A DNA stretch of 64,000 nt, taken from the NCBI RefSeq assembly GCF_963921235.1, contig NC_086097.1, positions 253,334,001-253,398,000 on the forward strand, read 5' to 3'. Below the pieces are notes generated by a model. It ran no database searches and was not told the origin of the DNA. It saw nothing but the letters and a program-made list of their open reading frames with translations. Positions 26,261-39,059 of the stretch are shown here, piece by piece (within the stretch, counting starts at the first letter, position 1; each line of letters starts with the position of its first letter). A program made the position numbers and the translations under genes. The stretch is from Mobula hypostoma (taxonomy: Eukaryota).

Positions 26261-26712
26261 TATATAGAAAGGAGATGTTTCTTCAAACCAGAGTGTAAAG
26301 TACACCAGTACACAAAACAGACGATAACTTATGGAGGATAATCTACAGATGAATCACACATAAATAACAAATTAAGGTGCATTAATATTAAATATTGTAA
26401 GGTATGGGACAGATTAACTAGTGACACTTCGAATACGATATTGCAAGTGTGGTCTAACCAGGGTTTTATAGAGCTGCAACATTACCTCACCGCTCTTGAA
26501 CTCAAAGAACTCTTGAGTTCCTATTCTGGTAAAACTCTGCCCTTTTTCTAATATTAAAGGGCCGGAACGAAAAAGGGACGGAAGACACAAGGCAAGACAC
26601 CCACATGAGCAGATTGATAATATCGAAGCACTGAATTTGATGCTTCCAACATTTCACCACATTGTTATCAGCTATATAGTTGCAATAGGTGATGAAAAAT
26701 TATCCAAATATA

Positions 26713-27213
26713 CACTCTGTGGCCACTTTATTAGATACACCTGCTCGTTAACGGAAATATCCAATCAGCCAATCAGGTGGCAGCAGCTCAATGCATAAAA
26801 GCATGCAGACATGGTCAAGAGGTTCCGTTGTTATTCAGATCAAACATCAGAATGGGGAAGAAATATGATCTAAGTGACTTTGACTGTGGAGTGATGACTG
26901 GTGCCAAACAGGGTGGTTTGAGTACCTCAGAAATCGCTAATCTCCCGGGTTTTCACATACAACAGTCTCTAGAATTTACAAAGGATGGTGCAAAAAACCC
27001 CCAAAAAACACACAGTGCGCGAGAGTTCTGTGGGTGAAAACGCCTTGTCAATGAGACAGGTCAGAAGAGAACGGCCAGACTGATTCAAGCTGACAGTAAT
27101 TCAAATAAACATGCGTAAAACAGTGGAGTGCAGAAGAGCATTTCTGAATACACAACATGGTGAAACGAAGACCACACTGACTTCTGTTTCCGTACCTAAT
27201 AAAGTGGCCACTG
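26713..27213 (+). mobile_element. Internally deleted Tc1/mariner element
   Basis: Inverted ends GTGGCCACTTTATTAG / CTAATAAAGTGGCCAC; peptide MGKKYDLSDFDCGV. Confidence 0.85.
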
Positions 27214-27263
27214 TATATCAGTACAGTGCTTCATAGTCACAAAAGTCAGCGATCAAATTGTAC

Positions 27264-27430
27264 CTCTTCATACTTGACCCACATCTCTTTAGGAAGGATC
27301 TGGTGCTTCATGCTCAAGTCCAAAGCTCGCTTTATGCGGAACATTCTATCATTGTAAAGGTTCTCCGGCAACCTTCTCACAGCCTCCTTCACATCATCAT
27401 CTTCGTGCAGAGTGTCATCTCGCATAAGAC
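27264..27430 (-). CDS. UQCRB: Cytochrome b-c1 complex subunit 7, coding exon 3 (167 nt)
   Basis: TTTTTGCAG acceptor; [57 protein letters not shown] donor; phases fit the neighbouring exons. Confidence 0.98.
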
Positions 27431-27469
27431 CTGCAAAAACAATGGGCATGGCAAATTCAGAAAACGCAA

Positions 27470-30400
27470 CATGACACTGAAGCAAAAAGTACAAAGGAGA
27501 AAAGTAAAAGTGGCAGGCCGACAAATCCAGGGCAAGCATTAAAAAGGGCTAAGAGAGTTGTAAAAGAGCGCCTGAAGGCTTTATGTGTCAATGCAAGGAG
27601 CATTCGTAATAAGGTGGATGAATTGAAAGTGCAGATTGTTATTAATGATTATGATATAGTTGGGATCACAGAGACATGGCTCCAGGGTGACCAGGGATGG
27701 GAGCTCAACGTTCAGGGATATTCAATATTCAGGAGGGATAGACATGAAGGAAGGGGAGGTGGGGTGGCGTTGCTGATTAAAGAAGTATTTAACGCAATAG
27801 AAAGGAAGGACATAAGCCGGGAAGATGTGGAATCGATATGGGTAGAGCTGCGTAACACTAAGGGGCAGAAGACGCTGGTGGGAGTTGTGTACAGGCCACC
27901 TAACAGTAGTAGTGAGGTCGGAGATGGTATTAAACAGGAAATTAGAAATGTGTGCAATAAAGGAACAGCAGTTATAATGGGTGACTTCAATCTACATGTA
28001 GACTGGGTGAACCAAATTGGTAAAGGTGCTGAGGAAGAGGATTTCTTGGAATGTATGCGGGATGGTTTTTTGAACCAACATGTCGAGGAACTGACCAGAG
28101 AGCAGGCTATTCTGGACTGGGTTTTGAGCAATGAGGAAGGGTTAATTAGCGATCTTGTCGTGAGAAGCCCCTTGGGTAAGAGTGACCATAATATGGTGGA
28201 ATTCTTCATTAATATAGAGAGTGACATAGTTAATTCAGAACCAAAGGTTCTGAACTTAAAGAGGGGTAACTTTGAAGGTATGAGACGTGAATTAGCTGAG
28301 ATAGACTGGCAAATGACACTTAAAGGATTGACGGTGGATATGCAATGGCAAGCATTTAAAGGTTGCATGGATGAACTACAACAATTGTTCATCCCAGTTT
28401 GGCAAAAGAATAAATCAAGGAAGGTAGTGCACCCATGGCTGACAAGAGAAATTAGGGATAGTATCAATTCCAAAGAAGTAGCATACAAATTAGCCAGAGA
28501 AAGTGGCTCACCTGAGGACTGGGAGAAATTCAGAGTTCAGCAGAGGAGGACAAAGGGCTTAATTAGGAAGGGGAAAAAAGATTATGAGAGAAAACTGGCA
28601 GAGAACATAAAAACGGACTGTAAAAGCTTTTATAGATATGTAAAAAGGAAAAGACTGGTAAAGACAAATGTAGGTCCCCTGCAGACAGAAACAGGTGAAT
28701 TGATTATGGGGAGCAAGGACATGGCAGACCAATTGAATAATTACTTTGGTTCTGTCTTCACTAAGGAGGACATAAATAATCTTCCAGAAATAGTAAGGGA
28801 CAGAGGGTCCAGTGAGATGGAGGAACTGAGTGAAATACATGTTAGTAGGGAAGTGGTGTTAGGTAAATTGAAGGGATTGAAGGCAGATAAATCCCCAGGG
28901 CCAGATGGTCTGCATCCTAGAGTGCTTAAGGAAGTAGCCCAAGAAATAGTGGATGCATTAGTGATAATTTTTCAAAACTCGTTAGATTCTGGACTAGTTC
29001 CTGAGGATTGGAGGGTGGCTAATGTAACCCCACTTTTTAAAAAAGGAGGGAGAGAGAAACCGGGGAATTATAGACCGGTTAGCCTAACGTCGGTGGTGGG
29101 GAAACTGCTGGAGTCAGTTATCAAGGATGTGATAACAGCACATTTGGAAAGCGGTGAAATGATCGGACAAAGTCAGCATGGATTTGTGAAAGGAAAATCA
29201 TGTCTGACGAATCTCATAGAATTTTTTGAGGATGTAACTAGTAGAGTGGATAGGGGAGAACCAGTGGATGTGGTATATTTGGATTTTCAAAAGGCTTTTC
29301 ACAAGGTCCCACACAGGAGATTAGTGTGCAAACTTAAAGCACACGGTATTGGGGGTAAGGTATTGGTGTGGTTGGAGAATTGGTTAGCAGACAGGAAGCA
29401 AAGAGTGGGAATAAACGGGACCTTTTCAGAATGGCAGGCGGTGACTAGTGGGGTACCGCAAGGCTCAGTGCTGGGACCCCAGTTGTTTACAATATATATT
29501 AATGACTTGGATGAGGGAATTAAATGCAGCATCTCCAAGTTTGCGGATGACACGAAGCTGGGTGGCAGTGTTAGCAGTGAGTAGGATGCTAAGAGGATGC
29601 AGAGTGACTTGGATAGGTTGGGTGAGTGGGCAAACTCATGGCAGATGCAAGTTAATGTGGATAAATGTGAAGTTATCCACTTTGGTGGCAAAAATAGGAA
29701 AACAGATTATTATCTGAATGGTGGCCGATTAGGAAAAGGGGAGGTGCAACTAGACCTGGGTGTCATTATACACCAGTCATTGAAAGTGGGCATGCAGGTA
29801 CAGCAGGCGGTGAAAAAGGCAAATGGTATGCTGGCAGTTATAGCGAGAGGGTTCGAGTACAGGAGCAGGGAGGTACTACTGCAGTTGTACAAGGCCTTGG
29901 TGAGACCACACCTGGAGTATTGTGTGCAGTTTTGGTCCCCTAATCTGAGGAAAGACATCCTTGCCATAGAGGGAGTACAAAGAAGGTTCACCAGGTTGAT
30001 TCCTGGGATGGCAGGACTTTCATATGAAGAAAGACTGGATGAACTGGGCTTGTACTCATTGGAATTTAGAAGATTGAGGGGGGATCTGATTGAAACATAT
30101 AAGATCCTAAAGGGATTGGACAGGCTAGATGCAGGAAGATTGTTCCCGATGTTGGGGAAGTCCAGAACGAGGGGTCACAGTTTGAGGATAGAGGGGAAGC
30201 CATTTAGGACCGAGATTAGGAAAAACTTCTTCACACAGAGAGTGGTGAATCTGTGGAATTCTCTGCCACAGGGAACTGTTGAGGCCAGTTCATTGGCTAT
30301 GTTTAAGAGGGAGTTAGATATGGCCCTTGTGGCTACAGGGGTCAGGGGGTATGGAGGGAAGGCTGGGGCGGGGTTCTGAGTTGGATGATCAGCCATGATC

Positions 30401-30476
30401 ATAATAAATGGTGGTGCAGGCTGGAAGGGCCGAATGGCCTACTCCTGCACCTATTTTCTATGTTTCTATGTTTCTA
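27470..30476 (+). mobile_element. Young CR1 LINE with nearly intact ORF2 (APE endonuclease + RT) and one in-frame TAG at 29582-29584
   Basis: NARS, ETWL, GDFN, SDHN, PGPDG, QGSVLGP and FADD motifs; ORFs 27614-29584 and 29597-30379 share a frame; (TTCTATGT)n tail. Confidence 0.96.
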
Positions 30477-31126
30477 AATTTAAAAATTCAGTATGTTTAA
30501 AGATTAGCTTTATTCGTCACATGTACGTCGAAACGCTGGAGGAAGGGGGAAGGAGCCAGAGTAAGAAAGTTGGGGGACAGGGAGGAGGAGGAGGACATGC
30601 TAAAAGGTGGTCGGAGAAGGATATGCTTTCTGCCTAGTGAGGCAGCTGTCAACAATGAAGTGGATTTTGCTCTGTTTTCCAGCAGGTGAGAGTACAACAA
30701 CATTTGTAAAAAACATTTAAATATACAAGTAAAAAACAAATGGTTGCCTGATGGCTGCTGGGAAAGATATCGTAGGAGCCCTGGAAGAGGTTTCTGTCCA
30801 CCGTTACCTGCATTAGTTGTTATGTGACTGATTTAGTAACAGCTGCTAAAAAATATACCACTGAAGCCATATGGATGGAATCAGGCCATTCAACCCATTG
30901 AATCTGCTCTGTCATTCCATCATGGCTGATTTATTCTCCCTCTTGACCCATCCTTCTGCCTTCTCCCGTAACCTTTGATGCCCTGACTAATCACCCTCTG
31001 CCTTGAGTAACTGTAACATTTCCCCTAATCTCTCCTCTACACATCTTACATGGATGTCCTCTGGTATTGGCCATCACCGCCCTGAGAACAATGTGGGAAA
31101 AATCAATGAAATAAATAGAGACTTAC

Positions 31127-31198
31127 CCAACTTATTAAATCCTGCAGCATTATAGTACCATTTCCGCAACTTCGGCAGCAAACCAACAGATGCTTTGA
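31127..31198 (-). CDS. UQCRB: Cytochrome b-c1 complex subunit 7, coding exon 2 (72 nt)
   Basis: TCTTCCCATAG acceptor; (V)KASVGLLPKLRKWYYNAAGFNKL(G); GTAAGT donor. Confidence 0.97.
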
Positions 31199-31639
31199 CT
31201 ATGGGAAGATGAGAAAAAATGTTACTCTCCTGTAGGACATATCTTAAAATGAGATCACTGAATTGTAGTTAAATGGTCCTTTCTCCATGATGATATACAA
31301 CAGGGGTTTATACCACGGAGCCCTACCATTAACTGAGGGGTCTGTGGACTCTAGCTTAGAACCCCTGATTTGGAGAAATATAGAACACAGTATAGCACAG
31401 AAAGAGGTCCTTTGACTCACCAAGGCGTGCCAATTATTGTGCCCCCATGTATACACTGATCCACTTTCATCCCCCTACTTTCTCGTCACACCCTGGTATG
31501 GAGGCACCGACGCACGGGTCACAGACACAGCCAAGTCCATCACGGGCACAACCCCCACCACCGAGGGCATTTTCAACAGCAGCTGCCCCAAGAAAGTGGC
31601 ATTCATTGTTAAGGACCTCACATTCAAAAAGTAACATCT

Positions 31640-34296
31640 CAAAAGAATGACAAGGTTCTGGAATCACTTCTGCGGACTGCAAAATTCCAAATGTAGCTTC
31701 ACTATTTAGGAAGGCAGAGAGGCAGTAGAAAGGAAATTGTAGGCCAGTTAGCCTGACTTCAGTGATTGGGATCAGTTGGATGACCTTTGGCTCATACAGG
31801 AAAGTGAGGAGCACGAGGCAGGTACCTGAGTGACTGTAGGAGAGGGAAAGGGAGTAAGCAGCCAGTACAGGGTAGCCCTGTGGCTGTTCCTCTCAATAAT
31901 AAGTACATCGCTGTGGGGGGGGGGGGGGGGTCAACTTACCAGATGGAAGCAGCAGCAACCAGGTCTCTGATCTATGGCTCAGAAGGGAAGGGAGGAGAAG
32001 AGGGCTGCAATAGTGATAGAGGATTCCATAATTAAAGGAGCAGAAAGCAGATTCGGCATACTTGAAGGAGACACCCAGACGGTATGTTGCCTCCCAGATG
32101 TCAAGGTCAGAGATGTCCTGGATCGGGTCCAGGGCATTCTACTGGGGGAGGGTGAACAGCCAGATGTTGTGGTGCATATTGGTACCTATGACATAGGTAG
32201 GAAAAAGGAGGTCCTGAAGAGAGAATTTAGGGAGCTAGGTAGAAAACTGAGAAGCAAGATGTCCAGGGTAGTAAACTCAGGATTGCCTCCTGGCCACACA
32301 CCAGTGAGAGTAATAGTATCATTTGGCAGATGAAATGGGAGGTGAACAGCCAGAAGGTGTGGCCCATTTAGGGCCAATGACATGGGTAGGATGAGCGATG
32401 AGGTTCTGCATAGGGGAGTTAGGTGCTAGTTAAAAGGCAGGACCTCCAAGGTTATGATCCCAGGATTGCTACCTGAGCCACATGATAGTGAGGCCACAGC
32501 TAGGAAGATTATACAGTTTAATACATGGCTATGGTGTAGGAGGGATTTTTGGATGATTGGGCTCCATTCCAGGGAAGGTGGGACGTGTACAGGCAGGACA
32601 GTTTGCACCTGAACTGGAGAGGGACAAATATGCTGGCAGGAAAGTTTGTCAATGCAGCCTGTTGAGGTTTAAACTAGAGTTGCAGGGCGACTGGAACCAG
32701 AGTGCCAGAACAGTTTGTGGAGAAGTTGTGAAGGCAGATGTTAGTAAGACCTCAAAGTTAGGAATCAAAAGGTTGAACATGGTGTGACTCGTGTCCTGAG
32801 CTGCATATATTTCAATGCAAGTAGTATCGTAGGAAAGGCGATTAATAGTGCTGAGGATGAGGTAGCTGGTTTACAAACAGAGGCAGTGAGGAGAGGCTGT
32901 TGATGGGTCAAAATTGCAGTCAACAGAATGAGCTGCAACATAAAAGACAGACAAAATCAAAAAGGGTGAATACAGATGTTGTATTTGAATGTGCATAGAA
33001 TACGGAATAAGGCAGGTGAACTTGCAGCAGAGTTGCAGATTGTAGGTATGATGTTGTAGGCATCACTGAATCATGGCTGAAAGATTATACCCGAGAGCTT
33101 AATGTCCCAGAATACACATTATGTCAAAAGGACAAGCAGGAAGGCAGAGGGGGTGACATTGCTCTGTTGATAAAAAATGAAATCAAATCATTAGAAAGAG
33201 GAGACATAGGGTTGGCAGGTGTTGAATATTTGCAGATAAAGCTAAGGAACTGCAAGGGCAAGACCCTAATGGGAGTTGTATACAGACAAGGATGTGGCCT
33301 ACAAATTACAACAGGAGATAGAAAATGCATACAAAAAGGGCAATGTTACAATAGTCATGGGGGACTTCAATATGCAGGTACATTGGGAAAATCAGGTTGG
33401 TGCTGGATTACAGGAGGGGGAATTTCTAAAGTGCCTGTGAGGTAGCTTTTTAGAGCAGCTCATGGTTGAGCTCACTGGAGGATCAGCTATTCTGGTCTGG
33501 GTGTTGTGCAATGAACTAGAATTGATTAGAGAGCTTAAGGTAAAAGAACCCTTCGGGGAAAGTGATCATAATATGATTGAATATACCCTGAAATTTGAGA
33601 AGCTAAGGTCAGATGTATCATTACAGTGGAGTAAAGGGAATTACAGAGGCATGAGAGAGAGTTGTTGTCCACAATTGATTGGAAAATAACACTGGCAGGG
33701 ATGACAGCAGAGCAGCAATGGCTGGAATTTCTGGAAGCAATCTGGAAGGCACAGGATATATACATCCCAAATAAGAAAAAAGTATTCTAAAGGAAAGATG
33801 ACAAAACTGTGGGTAACAAGAGAAATCAAAGCCAACATAAAAGCCAAAGAGAGAGTATATAATAGAGCAAAAATTATTGGGAAGTTAGATGGTTCAGAAG
33901 CTTTTAAAAACCAACAGAAAGCAACAAAAAATTTTGATTGTTAAGGATGCGGTATCAGAGTACACAATAATGTAGGCCAAAGTCAGCATGGTGTCCTACA
34001 GGGAAAGTCTTGCCTCACAAATCTGATGGAATTCTTTGAGGAAATACAAGGCAGGAAAGACAAAGGAGAATAGATGAACGTGGTGTTCAGATTTTCAGAA
34101 GGTCTTTGACCATATATTCTGCACTGAGGCTGCTTAACAAGATAAGAGCCGATGCCATTACAGGAAAGAAATAAGCAAGGATAGAGCTTTGGCTGATTGA
34201 CAGGTGCAAAGAGTGGGAACAAAGGGAACCTTTTCTGACGGGCTGCCAGTGACTAGTGGTGTTCCACAGGAGTCTATGTTGGGTCCACTACTTCTT
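31640..34296 (+). mobile_element. Old, rearranged CR1 sequence including ORF1 esterase-like and ORF2 remnants
   Basis: AIVIEDSII...DVVVHIGTYD (SGNH esterase-like); GESDHNMIE; RT remnants. Confidence 0.75.
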
Positions 34297-34297
34297 A

Positions 34298-34997
34298 CAG
34301 TGGCATGCAAAAGTTTGGGTGCCCCGGTCAAAATTTCTGTTACTGTGTATAGTTAAGTGAGTAGAAGGTGAACTGATCTCTAAAAGTCATAAAGTTAAAG
34401 ATGAAACATTCTTTTCAACATTTTAAGTAAGATTAGTGTATTATTTTTGTTTTGTAAGGAAAAAAAAGGAAAGGAGCAGCACGCAAAAGTTTGGGCACCC
34501 CAAGAGATTTGAGCTCTCAGATAACTTTTACCAAGGTCTCAGACCTTAATTAGCTTGTTAGGGTTATGGCTTGTTCACAGTCATCGTTAGGAAAGGCCAG
34601 GTGATGCAAACTTCAATGCTTTATAAATACCCTGACTCCTCAAACCCTGTCCCAACAATCAGCAAACATGGGCTCCTCTAAGCAGCTGCCTAGCACTCTG
34701 AAAATTAAATTTAAATGATGCCCACAAAGCAGAAGGTTATAAGAAGATAGCAAAGCGTTTTCAGGTAGCCGTTTCCTCAGTTCGTAATGTAATTAAGAAA
34801 TGGCAGTTAACAGGAATGGTGGAGGTCAAGTTGAGGTCTGGAAGACCAAGAAAACTTTCCAAGAGAACTGCTCGTAGGATTGCTAGAAAGGCAAATCAAA
34901 ACCCCCGTTTGACTGCAAAAGACCTTCAGGAAGATTTAGCAGAATCTGGAGTGGTGGTGCACTGTTCTACTGTACAGCGATACCTGCACAAATATAA
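34298..34997 (+). mobile_element. Tc1 5' half (left inverted repeat and transposase N-terminus), same family as 24643-26260
   Basis: TA-CAGTGGCATGCAAAAGTTTGGG; ATG at 34668 (MGSSKQLP); RSGRPRKLS..NPRLTAKDLQ. Confidence 0.9.
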
Positions 34998-35496
34998 CCT
35001 TATATGGAACAGTACAGCACAGTACAGGCCCTTCAGCCCACAATGTTGTGCCGACCCCCAAACCCTGCCTCCCATATAACCCACCACCTTAATTTCCTCC
35101 ATATACCTGCCTAGTAGTCTCTTAAGCTTCACTAGTGTATCTGCCTCCACCACTGACTCAGGCAGTGCATTCCAAACCTTCCTCTAATATCCCCCTTGAA
35201 CTTCCCACTGTCAGATTTCTGAATGCACAATGAATCCATGTACACTACCTCACTATATGTTGCACTAATATGTGTGTGTGTATATAATCTTTACTGTAAA
35301 ATAGTTTGTCTTGTATATTCAATGTAGAAATTGCTGCAAACAGCAAATTTCACCACATATGCCAGTGATATTAACCCTGATTCTCATTCATGGGCTCACT
35401 GTGTATGACTGTATTTTTCCTCCAGATTTCCCCACTTTATTCTGCATTGTGTTAGATTTTCCCTTGTTCTCTCTCATTGCACTGTAATGTGCACTG

Positions 35497-35880
35497 TATC
35501 TGTCTGTCTCTCTCTGTATCTGTCTGTGTGTCTCTGTATCTGTCTGTGTGTGTCTCTCCCCCTCTGTCTGTCTGTATGTGTGTATCTCTCTGTGTATCTG
35601 TCTGTAACTGTGTGTCTCTCTCTGTAACTGTGTGTGTCTCTCTGTGTATCTGTCTCTCTATCTGTCTGTGTGTCTCTCTATCTGTAACTGTGTGTCTCTC
35701 TCTGTAACTGTGTGTGTCTCTCTGTGTATCTGTCTCTCTGTCTGTGTCTCTCTGTAACTGTGTGTCTCTCTGTCTGTGTGTGTCTCTCTCTGTAACTGTG
35801 TGTGTCTCTGTGTATCTGTCTGTCTCTCTCTCTCTCTCTCTATCTGTGTGTATCTCTGTATCTGTCTGTGTGATCTGTAT
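35497..35880. repeat. TC/TG low-complexity compound microsatellite
   Basis: Repeats of tctctctgtaactgtgtgtc and variants. Confidence 0.9.
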
Positions 35881-35899
35881 GTTCGCCAGCTAAGACAAT

Positions 35900-36430
35900 G
35901 ATAAACCGACCCGGACACAACACCTTCACCACGGGGGTATGCTCCACACTTCGGCCTGGAAGCTGGCTGTCCCCTCACCCACCCCACCGCGAGCAGAGAG
36001 CACCGGCCCGCACACGGTGAGAGAATCAGCCGGGAGAACGCGAATCTCCGGTCACCGGGACACGCCAAGGTCAAGCTCTGACCAGCCCCTCCCCCGTCCC
36101 GGTCCCGGTGCGGAACCGACCTCAATCTTCCCTCCCTCCACTCCGCTGCCCGTTACTGGCCCGTCCCCGTCTCAACACCGGCGACTTTCCCCCGGCCTCA
36201 GACCCGCCATTCCTGACCTGGGGCCCGCGCCGCCATCTTCTCCCCGCCGCACTGACGTAAGGTTTCCGGGGGCCTGGCTGCGCGCGCGTGCACGCTGTGC
36301 GTCGGGCCGTCGTGGCCGATGGGGCGCGCACGTGCGTGCGGCCGCCGTTGCCAAAGGGTGCGTGCGCGTTCACGCGGTGTATTAAAGATTGGAGATAGTT
36401 GGATGCTGTCTCCAGTTCCCAAGTGTCACT
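35900..36430 (-). promoter_or_regulatory. UQCRB CpG island and promoter with YY1, CRE-like, ETS/GABP, NRF1-like and E-box motifs
   Basis: Densest CpG tract in the window; AAGATGGCGG overlaps the ATG; TGACGTAA near 36253; TTCCGG near 36264; GCGCGCGC and GCGCACGTGCG tracts. Confidence 0.8.
36218..36236 (-). CDS. UQCRB: Cytochrome b-c1 complex subunit 7, coding exon 1 (19 nt)
   Basis: AAGATGGCG Kozak context; ATG GCG GCG CGG GCC CCA G|GTCAGG; phase 1 fits exon 2; total CDS 336 nt = 111 aa. Confidence 0.9.
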
Positions 36431-36469
36431 CCGGATCCGATGCAGCACAAAACACAATAACATAAAAGA

Positions 36470-38610
36470 CATGGTGTAATAGAGCGCAAAGGGTAGTGAG
36501 AGGCTTTCAAAAACCCAGGAGGCGACTAAAAAAGTTACTCAGAAGCCAAAGATGAAGTACGAAGGTAAGCCAGCCAGCAATATTAAAGAGGATACCAAAA
36601 GTTTCTTCAGGTACATAAAGTGTAAAGGAGAGGCGAGAGTGGATATCAGAGCGCTGGAAAACAATGCTGAAGAGGTAGTAATGGGGGACAAGAAAACGGC
36701 GGACAAACTGAATAAGTATTTAGATTATGAAGACATGCAGTCCTCTTTTATTGTCATTTAGTAATGCATGCATTAAGAAATGATACAATATTTCCTCCGG
36801 TGTGATATCACAAAACACAGGACAGACCAAGACTGAAAAAACTGATAAAACCACATAATTATAACATGTAGTTACAACAGTGTAACAATACCATAACTTG
36901 ATGAAGTCCATGAGCACAGTAAAAAGTTCAAAGTCTCTCAAATGTCCCACATCTCACGCAGACGGGAGAAGGAAGAAAAACTCTCCCTGCCATGCCGACC
37001 ACAATCCGACTCTGAGTCATCCGAAAACTTCGAGCTCTGGTCAGCTCTCCGTCACTGAGTACTGAGCGCCATCTCTATCCGAACGATTCAACCCCCATCT
37101 CGGTCGCCAAAAGCAGGCAAGGCCGGGGATTTTGAGGCCTACCCTCCGAAAGATTCCCGACCACGCAGTAACGACAGCAGCGAACAAGCGTTTCAGAAAT
37201 TTCTCCAGATGTTCCTCTGTGCTTTCACATCCATTCTCCATCAAATCAGAATTGTTCACGGCCTCTATTTAACAGATACAATATCATTTTTCACCGGAGG
37301 GCTGCGCAAGCGCAGGCGCGCCGCCATCTTCTCCTCCCGCCTTCACTGTGGAAGACACTAGCAATATGGTGGAAGTTCCAGGCGTCAGGGGTTATGAAGT
37401 GTGTGAAGTTACTATAACCAGAGAAAAGGTTCTTGGGAAATTGAAAGATCTGATGGTAGATAAGTCACCTGGACCAGAGTATGTACACCCCAGAGTTCTG
37501 AAAGACGTGGCTGAAGAGATCGTGGAGGCATTAGCAATGATCTTTCAAGAATTACTAGATTCTGGAATGGTTCCAGAAGAATGGAAAATTGCAAATGTCA
37601 CTCCACTCTTCAAGAAAGGAGAGAGGCAGAAGAAAGGAAACTATTGGCCAGTTAGTCTGACCTCAGTGCTTGGGAAGATTTTGGAGTCGATTTTTAAAGA
37701 TGAGGTCTCACGGTACTTGGAGGCATATGATAAAATAGGCATGGTTTCCTCAAGGGAAAATCTTGCCTGACAAATCTGTTAGAATTCCTTGAAAAAAATA
37801 ACAAGCAGGATAGACAAAGGAGAATTAGTTGATGTTGTGTACTTTGACAAAGTGCCACACATGAGGCTGCTTAACAAGCTACGAGCCCATGGAATTACAG
37901 GAAAGATTCTAGCATGAATAAAGCAGTGGCTGGTTGGCAGGATCAGAGAGTGGGAATAAAGGGAGCCTTTTCTGGGTGGCTGCTGGTGACTACTGGTGTT
38001 CCACTGGCCTCTGTGTTGGGACCGATGGAATTGATGACTTTGTTGTAAAGTTAGGAGACAACATGAAAATAGGTGGAGAGGCACGTAGTTTTGAGGAAAT
38101 AGTGAAGCTACAGAGGGCTTAGACAGATTAGGAGAATGGGCAAAGAGACAGATGGAATACAGTGTTGGGTTATGCATTTTGATAGAAGAAATGAAAGGGT
38201 TGACTATTTTCTAAATGGACAAAAATACAGAACACTGAGTTGCAAAGGGACTTGGGAGTCCTTGTGCAGGATTCTCTAAACATTAATTTGCGGGCTGAGT
38301 CTGCGGTGAGGGAGGCAAATGCAAAAATAATCCCAGGATGGAATGGCTTGTCATATAAAGAGTGTTTAATGCCTCTGGGCTTATATTCACTGGAATTCAG
38401 AAGGATGAGGGGGACCTCATTGAAATCTTTCGAATGGTGAAAGGCCTTGGTAGAATGGATGTGGAGAGGATGTTTCCTATGGTGGGAAAGTCTAAGACCA
38501 GAGGACACAGCCTCAGAAAAGAGGGGCGTCCTTTTAGAACAGAGATGAGGAAGAATTTCTTTAGCCAGAGAGTGGTGAAGCATTGAAATTCTTTGCCACA
38601 GACAGTTTCC
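36470..38610 (+). mobile_element. Decayed CR1 LINE, split by the 36721-37341 insertion
   Basis: KEDTKSFFRYIK...KLNKY resumes after the insert as FTVEDTSN...DKSPGP...PVSLTSV. Confidence 0.85.
36721..37341 (-). mobile_element. ~620-bp non-autonomous LINE-derived element (GC-rich head, AT-rich tail)
   Basis: Interrupts the CR1 cleanly; head GGAGAAGATGGCGGCGCGCCTGCGC; tail AATAAA...CATAATCTA; no ORF. Confidence 0.7.
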
Positions 38611-39059
38611 ACAATAAGCATACATATATAAGATATCTGCTGTATATACACAGATTGTGTCTCCATAAAGAGACGTCACACTCAGGAGTGTCTGTACATC
38701 AGGTGACTGACAGGAAATGATTGTATAGTGGTGGTTGGGGGTGTGGAGGGGTGGGTTAGTGGGTGGAGGTGTTGATCAGCCGTACTGCTTGGGGAAAGTA
38801 ACTGATTTTGGGTCTGGTGATCCTGGCATGGACGCTACGTAGCCTCCACCCTGATGGGAGTGGGACAAACAGTCCATCAACAGGGTGGGTGGGATCCTTC
38901 ATGATGTCACTGGCCCTTTTCTGGCACCTTTCTGTATTTATGTCCCTGATGGCGGGTAAGATGTTGCCAGTGATGTGTTGGGCAGTTTTGACTCCCTGTT
39001 GTGGAGCTTCTCGAGCGCTGCAGTACCAAGCAGCCATGCCTGTACTGGCTGTTGCTCAG

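Noticed and set aside
27712..28488. 258-aa antisense ORF, with a counterpart at 54926-55579
   Set aside because: Shadow frame of CR1 ORF2, shared only because the two copies are related
35658..36472. Several Arg/Pro/Ala-rich ORFs
   Set aside because: By-products of the GC-rich CpG island and adjacent microsatellite; only the 19-nt UQCRB exon is supported
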